From Candidatus Thalassarchaeum sp. (lineage in GTDB: Archaea > Thermoplasmatota > Poseidoniia > Poseidoniales > Thalassarchaeaceae), in assembly GCA_022451235.1 (NCBI GenBank), contig JAKUOA010000007.1:16188-80187 (forward strand): 64,000 nucleotides of DNA, written 5' to 3'. The position numbers were made by a program, and so were the translations under genes. Below are positions 16,186 to 25,002 of the stretch, one piece after another (position 1 is the first letter of the stretch; each line of letters opens with the position of its first letter). The notes under the pieces are model-generated. The model ran no database searches, was not told where the DNA came from, and saw only the letters and a list, made by a program, of their open reading frames with translations.

Positions 16186-17640
16186 ATGAATGTGATAAGT
16201 CGCGCCGTACCGCCCCACTACATGCACGCGCGTGAGAACATCTACATCGACGGAAAGTGGGTTGCTGCAAGTGGAGAAGGTAGTATTGAGATAGTCAATC
16301 CTGCAACGGAGCAATGCATTGGTTCGGTGCCTGTTGGAAGTGCTGCTGATGTAGAAAAGGCCGTAGCCTCAGCACGTGCTGCATTTCCATCTTGGTCGCA
16401 ATCGAGTATAGAGGAGCGGCAAGGCTACCTGAATGCGATTTCAGCCGCGATCGCTGAACGAGGGGAAGAAATCGCCGAATTAATTACCGCAGAGGTTGGA
16501 ACACCAATCAATTACAGTAGAATGGCTATGGTTGGAACTCCAAGAGTTGTATCACGATCTTATTCGAAAATGTTGGATTCTTTTGATTGGGAAGAAGAAG
16601 TTCGTAACTCGTTAATTGTCAAAGAACCAATTGGAGTGGTGGGCATGATTACTCCTTGGAATTTCCCTCTCCACCAAATCATAGGCAAGGTTGCACCAGC
16701 ACTAGCTGCAGGCTGTACAATGGTTCTCAAGCCGTCAAAAGAGGCTCCACTGAACGCATTTATTCTTGCAGATATCATCGATGAAATCGGTCTTCCTGAT
16801 GGTGTCTTCAATCTCGTCTCAGGTCATGGAAGAGAAATCGGAGAGACTCTATCTTCCCACCCAGAGGTAGACATGGTAAGTTTCACTGGTTCAACCGGCG
16901 CCGGTGTTAGTGTCTCACAAGCAGCCGCTCCGACTGTTAAGCGAGTAACTCTGGAATTAGGTGGAAAGAGTGCAAATGTAATCCTAGATGATGCCGACAT
17001 AGCAAAGGCCGCCAAAATGGCCGTTTACGCATGCTTCAACAATTCTGGACAAGAATGTTCCAGCCTAAGCCGGCTAATCATTCCGGCAACTGCACGTGAT
17101 GAAGTGGTTGAGATAATCGCTGCAACAATGGCTCGCTATTCAGTGGGAGATCCGATGGATGAATCGATACGATGTGGTCCGATGGTTTCAGCACGACAAC
17201 AAGAATCAGTCGCCGGCTACATATCCTCAGGAATTGCGGAGGGAGCAACACTAGTTTCTGGAGGTGAAGGAATGCCAGAAGGGCTTGATTCAGGATATTA
17301 CGTAAAGCCAACCGTGTTTGCTGACGTATCTTCGGAAATGACCATTTTCCGTGAGGAAATTTTTGGTCCTGTACTCTCAATAACGACTTACGATTCAGAG
17401 GAAGAAGCAATTGTCTTAGCTAACGATTCAGAATATGGTTTGTCTGGAGGTGTCTGGTCTGGCGATGAGGATAGAGCTCTGCAGTTTGCCAGAAAAATGA
17501 GAACTGGACAGGTGAGTATCAATGGTGGAGCATTCAATATCAGTGCTCCATTTGGCGGTTACAAGCTATCTGGTAACGGTCGTGAACTCGGAATTCAAGG
17601 ATTAGAAGAATTCCTTGAAGTGAAGGCTATCCAGCGTTAG
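16186..17640 (+). CDS. NAD(P)-dependent aldehyde dehydrogenase
   Basis: ITPWNFP, VTLELGGKSANVI, catalytic Cys in NSGQECSSLSR, EEIFGPV and PFGGYKLSGNGRE. The start is uncertain (16186 or 16222); the ORF-track start overlaps the divergent gene. Confidence 0.9.
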   Translation: MNVISRAVPPHYMHARENIYIDGKWVAASGEGSIEIVNPATEQCIGSVPVGSAADVEKAVASARAAFPSWSQSSIEERQGYLNAISAAIAERGEEIAELITAEVGTPINYSRMAMVGTPRVVSRSYSKMLDSFDWEEEVRNSLIVKEPIGVVGMITPWNFPLHQIIGKVAPALAAGCTMVLKPSKEAPLNAFILADIIDEIGLPDGVFNLVSGHGREIGETLSSHPEVDMVSFTGSTGAGVSVSQAAAPTVKRVTLELGGKSANVILDDADIAKAAKMAVYACFNNSGQECSSLSRLIIPATARDEVVEIIAATMARYSVGDPMDESIRCGPMVSARQQESVAGYISSGIAEGATLVSGGEGMPEGLDSGYYVKPTVFADVSSEMTIFREEIFGPVLSITTYDSEEEAIVLANDSEYGLSGGVWSGDEDRALQFARKMRTGQVSINGGAFNISAPFGGYKLSGNGRELGIQGLEEFLEVKAIQR

Positions 17641-17650
17641 GGGTGTACAA

Positions 17651-18232
17651 ATGGTCGGCAAGTTGCTGGTCATAGCCGGTGCAAGTGGTGTCGGTAAGTC
17701 AACGCTTACCGCTAGGATTGCCGCCTCTCTAGAATTCGACAAAGTTGTAGCAACGGATACTATTCGAGAGACTTTGAGAACTCAAATCCCTCCAGAAGAG
17801 GTACCGGCTTTGCATAGATCTTCATTTCAGCAGGGAGACTCGAATACTATCGAGGATTGGAAAGATACCGTTTCTCCCCTCAATAGTGCAATACAAGCGA
17901 TAGTTAGTCGTGAAATTAAAAGAGGAGGAAACCTATTGATGGAAGGAGTACATTTCGTACCGAATTTTGCCATAATCGATGAATGGAGAGCCGCAGGAGG
18001 AGCTGCTTGTGGAGTCGTTTTGGCTGTTGAGGATGCTGAGGAGCATGTGCGAATGATTGCAGGTAGATGCAAACACAATGGTAGACCGGTTCGGCATTAC
18101 CTAGACCATTTCGATAGAATTAGAGATATTCAGAAGGAAATGGTTAGATTGGCAAAAAATAGTGGATGGTTGGTGATTGATGTTACGAAATCAAATGACC
18201 CAATAGATGAAATTTCGTTGGAAATACAGTAG
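17651..18232 (+). CDS. P-loop kinase resembling archaeal 2-phosphoglycerate kinase
   Basis: Walker A GASGVGKSTL followed by ATDTIRETLR, a pairing I associate with 2-PGK family proteins. Confidence 0.55.
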   Translation: MVGKLLVIAGASGVGKSTLTARIAASLEFDKVVATDTIRETLRTQIPPEEVPALHRSSFQQGDSNTIEDWKDTVSPLNSAIQAIVSREIKRGGNLLMEGVHFVPNFAIIDEWRAAGGAACGVVLAVEDAEEHVRMIAGRCKHNGRPVRHYLDHFDRIRDIQKEMVRLAKNSGWLVIDVTKSNDPIDEISLEIQ

Positions 18233-18487
18233 TCATTTGGAGAATAAGTCCTTCTCTGGGCGATTTTTTGAAATCAAGGAAAGTAACCACCATCCAATTG
18301 AAAGGATTGGAGTTGAAATGAATAATACAATCATGAACCAAATGGAGACTATGCCGTTTGAAACCTGCCATGACCAATAAGAAACAGATAGAATTACAAT
18401 TAGGAAAAATATTCTAGATGCCTCACTAGGTGTCTTTGAACCAAAACGATCTAATCTCGGAGCAAATAGATAGTCTACTATCGACAT
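18233..18487 (-). CDS. Small hypothetical membrane protein (84 aa, 2 TM)
   Basis: ATG start and two hydrophobic helices; fills the gap between neighbouring genes. Weak support. Confidence 0.4.
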   Translation of the reverse strand: MSIVDYLFAPRLDRFGSKTPSEASRIFFLIVILSVSYWSWQVSNGIVSIWFMIVLFISTPILSIGWWLLSLISKNRPEKDLFSK

Positions 18488-18530
18488 AGACCGTACTATT
18501 CATCAGAGATTATGAATTACTGTTTTTCCA

Positions 18531-19385
18531 TTAGGAACCTTTCCATTCAGCATTTTCGCGCTCAAGGAATGCTTGGACTCCAATTTCCTTGTCTTCAGTG
18601 TCGAAGAGTGCAACGAATTCAGACCTCTCGGCTAATATTCCCTCAGACATTCCAAGATCGAGGGCAGAGCGAACTGCTCGTTTTGCTACCTTGATAGTGT
18701 ATGGCGACTTTTTGGCTATATTTTCTGCCATTTCCATTGTACGAGATTCAAGCTGTTCAGGCTCTACTACGTCATTGGCTAGTCCTAGTCTTAGAGCCTC
18801 TTCCGAGCCTACCATTTCCCCGGTCATTACCATCTCCATTGCTTTGCCGTATCCCAATATGTCTGAAAGACGCTGAGTTCCACCTCCTCCTGGAATAAGT
18901 CCAAGATTGATTTCAGGAGTTCCAAACTTTGCCCGCGTGCTAGCGATTCGTAAATCACAGGAAAGGGCTAATTCTGTTCCGCCACCAAGAGCGAAGCCAT
19001 CGACCATTGCGATAGTTGGTTTTGATAAATTCCAAACCCTCTCCCATGCATTATCCTCAAAGAATGGCCTGACATCATCAGAGTTCTTTCCTGAAAACTC
19101 GGAAATATCAGCCCCAGCAGCAAAAGCGGCTGGTTTCTGACGCTTACCATCAGAGGCTGGAGGGGGAGGAGCGCCACGAATTACCACTACTCGGACGTTG
19201 TCGTCTGCCTCCGCTTCGGCACAGGCTTGCTTGAGAGCAGTATGCGATGCTTTGTTCAGGGCATTGAGTTTCTCTGGACGATTTAATGTCCAAACAGAAA
19301 TCACCCCACCTGCTGGACTTGAACCCTCGACTGGAATATTCTCGACCAGTAGCACGTCTTCGCTCATGGTTGACCGAAGAGCCAT
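18531..19385 (-). CDS. Enoyl-CoA hydratase (crotonase)
   Basis: FAAGADISEF, VDGFALGGGTELALSCDLRIA, GTPEINLGLIPGGGGTQRL and EGVQAFLERE. Confidence 0.9.
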   Translation of the reverse strand: MALRSTMSEDVLLVENIPVEGSSPAGGVISVWTLNRPEKLNALNKASHTALKQACAEAEADDNVRVVVIRGAPPPPASDGKRQKPAAFAAGADISEFSGKNSDDVRPFFEDNAWERVWNLSKPTIAMVDGFALGGGTELALSCDLRIASTRAKFGTPEINLGLIPGGGGTQRLSDILGYGKAMEMVMTGEMVGSEEALRLGLANDVVEPEQLESRTMEMAENIAKKSPYTIKVAKRAVRSALDLGMSEGILAERSEFVALFDTEDKEIGVQAFLERENAEWKGS

Positions 19386-19403
19386 CGCCGCTTGAAGATA
19401 CGC

Positions 19404-20297
19404 TCACTCAGGAGGTGAAGGTGGAGGCATTCCAGGTGGTGGAGGCATTGGTGGTAAACCAGTAGGTGGAGGAGGCATATCGTCAAGTTTGGGTAATTCC
19501 TCGGCTGGTTTACTTACTGCCTTCTCTGGAATCTTCAATGGAACTCTGATTTTGAGTATTCTGGACTCGTCAATTCTAACATATGATACACCTAATGGAG
19601 ACGAGTCATCGGGGCTTTCGTCTTCATCAATTACAGTTAACCCATGATCTACTTGATTCAGTAAAGCACCGAGATCTTCTCCATCCTCTAACTCTGTCCA
19701 CATTCTGACTTTAGCCGCCTTTCTCTCAGCTAATGCCATACGACGACGACGGTCGATCTTTCCACGAATAACCGCCCTCTTCTCGCGTTGTTGCTCAACA
19801 TAACCCTCGATCTCAGTTTCCATTTGAGATTGGGCATCTCGAGAGACCACTAGACGTTGAGCAACGTTCTCTCCATCTCCAGCAACGGTAGGGGCTTGTG
19901 GAGAAGGCATTGGTGGTGGCATTGGCATATTCGGTGCGGGCATTGGTGCATCCGGACTTGGCATAGCAATTGGAGGAAGTGGGAGCCCTGGGGATTCCTC
20001 AACCGGGTCTGCAATTCGGCGTCGACTGCGGCGAATTTCTTGCTCTTCCGCTTCAACCACTTCAGGTGCTGGTGCAGATTCTTGTTCTTCTTCTTCTTCT
20101 TCGATTTCTACAACAGGAGATTTCAGAGTTGATGGGAGTGGCTTTCTGCCTGAAAATACGAAGAGAGAAAGGAAGGCCAATAGCACTGTTCCCGCTGCGA
20201 TTTGTTGACCAAGATTCATCGAACCTTGGAAGAGTAGGAATAGAGGCGTTCCTAGTCCTAGAAGGACTAGAAGCAAGAGTCGGGTGTACGAAACCAT
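19404..20297 (-). CDS. Membrane-anchored low-complexity protein (poly-Glu, Pro/Met-rich tracts, basic coiled segment)
   Basis: Two N-terminal TM helices, then EIEEEEEEQE, PMPAPNMPMPPPMPSP, a charged helical core, and a C-terminal PPPPTGLPPMPPPPGMPPPSPPE. Confidence 0.6.
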   Translation of the reverse strand: MVSYTRLLLLVLLGLGTPLFLLFQGSMNLGQQIAAGTVLLAFLSLFVFSGRKPLPSTLKSPVVEIEEEEEEQESAPAPEVVEAEEQEIRRSRRRIADPVEESPGLPLPPIAMPSPDAPMPAPNMPMPPPMPSPQAPTVAGDGENVAQRLVVSRDAQSQMETEIEGYVEQQREKRAVIRGKIDRRRRMALAERKAAKVRMWTELEDGEDLGALLNQVDHGLTVIDEDESPDDSSPLGVSYVRIDESRILKIRVPLKIPEKAVSKPAEELPKLDDMPPPPTGLPPMPPPPGMPPPSPPE

Positions 20298-20333
20298 GTC
20301 TGTTCCTCGGCTACCACAGCGGCTAGTCTCTAT

Positions 20334-20927
20334 TCACCTTGACGGGGATTTGAGAAGATTTGAGAGCCCTTGCATGACTTTTTTCCTGTGAGAAATCTGA
20401 TTTTTAATCTCCTTACCCAATTCTCCAAAGGTCCCTCCACCACCTTCTTCGGGGATGAAAATAGGGTCATATCCGAAGCCATAACTACCTCGTGGGTAGT
20501 CAGATATTTTACCCCGACATATTCCCTGTGATTTCCATACTTGATTGCCATTTGAGAGAATAGCTACCGCTCTATATTCTGCACCGCTATTTCCGGATTC
20601 CTTAACTCGATCAATTATTCCCTCAAGACCTATTTCTTTCTCTACATCTGAAGATTGGGCACCCGGCCATTCAGGAAATGCATCTAGGAATATGCCTGAA
20701 TCTTCGACAAGAATTGCACTCCCATCTAATTCACTTCCTTTAATTAAATCGAGTGCTTGTCTGATTTTCGATTCTGCTACGCCCTCTAATCCAAGTTCCT
20801 TTGGCTCGTCGAAATTAGGCCTTTGTCCATCTATTACCAAGCCCTCTACAGTGTGTCCAAGAGACTCTAGTACCTCCTGGGCTTCTACAATTTTGTTTTC
20901 ATTACCGGTTGCAAAGAGGATCCTCAT
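20334..20927 (-). CDS. rdgB: Non-canonical purine NTP pyrophosphatase (RdgB/HAM1)
   Basis: ILFATGNENKIVE, GAEYRAV, FGYDPIF and ISHR. Confidence 0.9.
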   Translation of the reverse strand: MRILFATGNENKIVEAQEVLESLGHTVEGLVIDGQRPNFDEPKELGLEGVAESKIRQALDLIKGSELDGSAILVEDSGIFLDAFPEWPGAQSSDVEKEIGLEGIIDRVKESGNSGAEYRAVAILSNGNQVWKSQGICRGKISDYPRGSYGFGYDPIFIPEEGGGGTFGELGKEIKNQISHRKKVMQGLSNLLKSPSR

Positions 20928-20936
20928 GAACTCAAC

Positions 20937-21611
20937 TCAAGCATGGTATCTGACTCGGCCACGAATCGCATTGAATCGCTCAACTACTTCCTTTGCGGAC
21001 AAGTTCGAAATCGCCGATGAGTTTCCTGAGTCCGCGGATAAATAACCATCAACCATTGTTTCAACTGCTGATTCGAAATTGTAATGGCTGGCTGTTAGAC
21101 ACTCATTTAGGACCTGTAAGTCTAGGCCGAGTTGTTCGATTTCTGGAGCGATTCTAGCAAGACCAAAGTCAATAAGGGTCAAATTTCCGTGTTCATCGAT
21201 TATCACGTTATGTGTGGTTAAGTCCCCATGAGCAATATCATTTTCATGCAATTTTCTAATTAATTCTCCAAACTTATGGATTTCTTTTAGCCCTGCATCC
21301 CCATTCTGTAATGCATCATACAAAGGCACTCCATCGATTCTTGAAATCAATATCCATCCTCCTTCTGCATCCACATCAAGTAGTAAAGGAGAAGGGAAGT
21401 CTAAATCTTGTAATCGTGCAATAACCCTAGCCTCTGCAGCCAATCTTTGTCGGGTTAATTTCCTATCTAAAGAAGGGTGACGATAGGCTCTTGGTTCGCG
21501 CTTTTTCAGTACTGCTTCCCTACCCATCCATGAACCAGATATTGCAGTTGCTTCTGCTCCAATATGAAGAACTGAATCCTCTATCCACATCGGAATCGCC
21601 TCTTCAGTCAT
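20937..21611 (-). CDS. bud32: Bud32/PRPK-type atypical protein kinase (KEOPS subunit)
   Basis: IGAEATAI, AVLKKR, catalytic HGDLTTHNVII and LIDFGLA. The ORF-track GTG start was trimmed to ATG (MTEEAIP). Confidence 0.85.
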   Translation of the reverse strand: MTEEAIPMWIEDSVLHIGAEATAISGSWMGREAVLKKREPRAYRHPSLDRKLTRQRLAAEARVIARLQDLDFPSPLLLDVDAEGGWILISRIDGVPLYDALQNGDAGLKEIHKFGELIRKLHENDIAHGDLTTHNVIIDEHGNLTLIDFGLARIAPEIEQLGLDLQVLNECLTASHYNFESAVETMVDGYLSADSGNSSAISNLSAKEVVERFNAIRGRVRYHA

Positions 21612-21669
21612 GTCCCTCCGAGATGAGATGCCTTGAAAGCGGTTGCACAGCACGAAGTAGCGAGATTAG

Positions 21670-22755
21670 ATGACAATGCAGATGCCATCGGCCCCGTTAC
21701 CGCAGGGTTTAGTGACCCCAAAATCATATTCAGACGAAGAAATTGAAACTGAGGCTATGCGGCTACAAAAGGTCATCAATCAAGGCACTCTATGGGATCT
21801 CGAGACTTGTAGAACAATTGCACCTCTAACCCTCGAAATTAATCAATTAAAGAAAAAGAACGATGTTTTTCTTATCGCCCACTCTTACCAAACTCCAGAT
21901 ATCGTATATGGGGTGGCCGACTCGGTATCGGATAGTTACTCATTATCGAAGGCAGCCAGAGATGCACCTCAGCAAACTATTCTATTCTCTAGTGTACGAT
22001 TTATGGCCGAGACCGCGAAAATAGTCAGCCCTCACAAGACAGTTCTACACCCATCTCCGGAAGCCGGATGTACGCTTTCTGATAGCATAACTGCAGAGGA
22101 TGTCCGTGAGCTAAAGTCACGTTATCCAGGAGTTCCAGTGGCCTGTTACATCAATACAAGCGCCGAGGTTAAAGCAGAGGTTGATGTTTGTGTAACCAGT
22201 AGTAATTATCTCAGAATTTGTGAGAAACTCCCCGGTGACAAATTAATCTTCGTCCCCGACCAATTAATGGGTAAACATTTGGCTGAATATCTAGCTGGGC
22301 GTAAGGAGGTCATCAATTACGATGGTGAATGTTATGTTCACGCCACATTCACAGGTGAGAAAATACGCTCATGGAGAGAAAGGACCGCTGAGCAGGGTAT
22401 CGAATTACAGGTCCTCAGCCATCCAGAATGTGATGCGGACGTGATTGCAGAAAGCGACATTGTTGGTAGTAGTGAAGTCCTGCGAGAAGAGGCTTTGAGG
22501 CTGGGTTCAGAAGGAAAATCAGATATTATGCTAATTACTGAATGTGGTACTGCTGATCGAGTTAGAGCAGAATCTGAAAATGATCTGAATCTAATCGGAA
22601 CTTGTGTTATGTGTCGTTACATGAAAATGACTCAATTGGAGGACATACTTCAGGCACTTCGAGATCCTTATCCAGAACAAATCATCGAACTTGATGAGAA
22701 AATTATACGGCGTGCTCAGAGAAGTCTGGACGAAATGTTCAGGCTTGCAGAGTGA
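21670..22755 (+). CDS. nadA: Quinolinate synthase NadA
   Basis: LIAHSYQTPDI, SDSYSLSKAA, FMAETAKI, CYINTSAEVKA, three-domain layout. Confidence 0.85.
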   Translation: MTMQMPSAPLPQGLVTPKSYSDEEIETEAMRLQKVINQGTLWDLETCRTIAPLTLEINQLKKKNDVFLIAHSYQTPDIVYGVADSVSDSYSLSKAARDAPQQTILFSSVRFMAETAKIVSPHKTVLHPSPEAGCTLSDSITAEDVRELKSRYPGVPVACYINTSAEVKAEVDVCVTSSNYLRICEKLPGDKLIFVPDQLMGKHLAEYLAGRKEVINYDGECYVHATFTGEKIRSWRERTAEQGIELQVLSHPECDADVIAESDIVGSSEVLREEALRLGSEGKSDIMLITECGTADRVRAESENDLNLIGTCVMCRYMKMTQLEDILQALRDPYPEQIIELDEKIIRRAQRSLDEMFRLAE

Positions 22756-22756
22756 T

Positions 22757-24889
22757 TCAATTTTCTCGACGCAAATTAAATCTGGATGATTCGTTTGCCG
22801 ATTGGAAGGCATATAATATCATCATTGGAATGAGAAGTACAATCGAGGATTGTAATACCACAGAGGAATAGGGCTCAAAGGTTTCTTCCAATGCATACAT
22901 TCGTATTTCCAAATCTCCGTCTTCCTGACTTTCTATCCACGCAACATTAGATTTCAGGACTTGGGGATTAGATTGGTCGACCTCATCATCAATTGTCAAC
23001 TGCAATGTTCTATTCTCATCTATATCGTGAAGGAATACATCCCTAGCAGTTAGTAAATCATCGTCTTCAGCAGTTGGATCAAATCTAGGAATTTGAAGGA
23101 ATGCAACATTTCCTTCTGAGATACTTGGTGAGGAAGAAGGCCAAACTGGATCTGAAAGCAATATTTGTGTCCCTGTCCTCAGATTAATTAGAATTGTTCG
23201 ATTAACAGGACCGACATCGACAACGGCGACGATATAGTCATCTTCCATTACAATATCTACTATTGTGGAATTCGAATAATCTACGCGTTCTTCAAATAAA
23301 TCCTCAAGAAATTCATCAATATCCTCATCAGTCGTATCTTCAATAACGATACTGGCAGTAAACTGAGTAGCAAGAGAAATGATTTCCAAAACTGGACCAC
23401 TCTCAGTAGAGTTTGCAATAGCGATTTGGGAACCTGATGAGGCGGCAATACTGAATGGTCCTTCTAGTGAAGGATATTCTGTAATCACGCCTTCTCTATC
23501 TCGATAGACTAACTCATCGGAATAAACTACTGCAACAACAGCCTCTTGTTCGGCATTTTCAGCTAATAGAACATCGAGGATTGGATCGGAATTAGGATTA
23601 TTTTCTTCTCTCAACCAATCCAGATTGAATGTCCTATATTCATAATTAAATGACCAAAATTCTAACTTTTGATTATCAAAGATAACTACTCCCTTTTCTG
23701 AAGCCGAAACTCTTGGAACAGAAGTCCACCCTTCTTCTCCAAGAATTATTGTAGAGATTGTTTCTGACTTCCTAGAATCAGAGTTCCAAGAGATAAAGTC
23801 CACTGTTCCGTTATCATTTTCTTGTACAGTAACTAACCAATCTCCTGAACCCGCGGTGTAAGTTGGAGTAACCCCATCAACAGGGAAATCTTGGTGAGTT
23901 GCATCCCAAAGGAGGACCACTCCTGTTCCAAGAAGGATTGCAACAATCACCGCCCCAGTTTGGGTTTTCGATGGCTCTCTGTAGGGGTCAATTTGTCTCT
24001 TTACAGATTGTTTTACATCCCCAAACCAAGATCTTGGATCTTTCATGAATCTGGCTAACCGCCGCGTAAAGAGACGTTCGTCTGCGAATCGCCAGACGGA
24101 CTCATGAGTTCTTTCAGTTAGGCTGACGGCGATGGTTGCGACTAGAATGCCGCCAATTATGTCAACCACCCAATGGATTCCAAGATAAAGAATAGTAAAT
24201 CCTGTTAGTAGGATGAATACCATAAGAGCGGTTCTAAATTTTGCCCAGCGACCATCTTCATCCCACTTCAGATACGTCAACCATACCGCAAATGGCAGGC
24301 CAATATGCAGACTAGGCATACCATTAGTGAAAGGGTCGATTCTAGTGAACCAATTGTGTATTTCTGGAGTCAAATCGTAGGCAATTGTTTCCATTGCTGG
24401 AATATGATCTCCGGTTACTCTAACGTTGAAAAATAAGTAGAACGGGATGGCCAAAACATAGACCCAAAACATCGATAATGAGACTCTGTCAGCCATATGA
24501 CGATCATCGAAATAAATCGGGTAAACGAATGATGCAAAGGTTGCTGTCATGAACCCCATGACATAGAAATGAGTGAGACCAATTGACAGCAGTTCGTTTT
24601 GGAAAGCATCCTGAATCCACAGTACGATATCGCCCTCGATAGCGTAAACATATGGCGTCATATCGAGTTGAGTATTGGCCATCAAAATACGATCAAGTTG
24701 GTCGAGAAGATCCTTCCAAAGATAGACCGAGAATACCACAAACATGTGAGCCCAGTAACGTCGAAACATATCGACAAAGCCTTGGATTCTTATTTTGGCC
24801 CAAGGTGGCTTCATCAGGGGCATTAGGGCGACGGATAGCAGAATAGCACCCATCAACCAAGAAATGTAGATTCCAGAGCCACCCGCCAT
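22757..24889 (-). CDS. Membrane protein: N-terminal PAP2_C-like (lipid phosphotransferase/phosphatase) domain + large extracytoplasmic domain + C-terminal TM
   Basis: The multi-TM N-terminus carries MPSLHIGLP and GIHWVVDIIGG (SxH / HxxD pattern of the PAP2 C-terminal family). About 400 aa of acidic beta-rich sequence follows, then a terminal hydrophobic helix. Confidence 0.6.
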   Translation of the reverse strand: MAGGSGIYISWLMGAILLSVALMPLMKPPWAKIRIQGFVDMFRRYWAHMFVVFSVYLWKDLLDQLDRILMANTQLDMTPYVYAIEGDIVLWIQDAFQNELLSIGLTHFYVMGFMTATFASFVYPIYFDDRHMADRVSLSMFWVYVLAIPFYLFFNVRVTGDHIPAMETIAYDLTPEIHNWFTRIDPFTNGMPSLHIGLPFAVWLTYLKWDEDGRWAKFRTALMVFILLTGFTILYLGIHWVVDIIGGILVATIAVSLTERTHESVWRFADERLFTRRLARFMKDPRSWFGDVKQSVKRQIDPYREPSKTQTGAVIVAILLGTGVVLLWDATHQDFPVDGVTPTYTAGSGDWLVTVQENDNGTVDFISWNSDSRKSETISTIILGEEGWTSVPRVSASEKGVVIFDNQKLEFWSFNYEYRTFNLDWLREENNPNSDPILDVLLAENAEQEAVVAVVYSDELVYRDREGVITEYPSLEGPFSIAASSGSQIAIANSTESGPVLEIISLATQFTASIVIEDTTDEDIDEFLEDLFEERVDYSNSTIVDIVMEDDYIVAVVDVGPVNRTILINLRTGTQILLSDPVWPSSSPSISEGNVAFLQIPRFDPTAEDDDLLTARDVFLHDIDENRTLQLTIDDEVDQSNPQVLKSNVAWIESQEDGDLEIRMYALEETFEPYSSVVLQSSIVLLIPMMILYAFQSANESSRFNLRREN

Positions 24890-24977
24890 GCCGGTCTACA
24901 CTCCCCTAAATCATCGAGGCAACCAATGTATCAAGAATCCACCCCTAAGGAAAAGGAGAGTAGAAACAACCCAAATT

Positions 24978-25002
24978 CGTCCGAATCTAAGAGATTCGGA
25001 CG
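24978..25002 (-). terminator. Perfect 11-bp stem / 3-nt loop hairpin spanning the stop codon of the Mrp gene, followed by a U-rich stretch
   Basis: cgtccgaatct-aag-agattcggacg. Downstream on the minus strand: AAUUUGGGUUGUUUCUACUCUCCUUUU. Confidence 0.35.
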
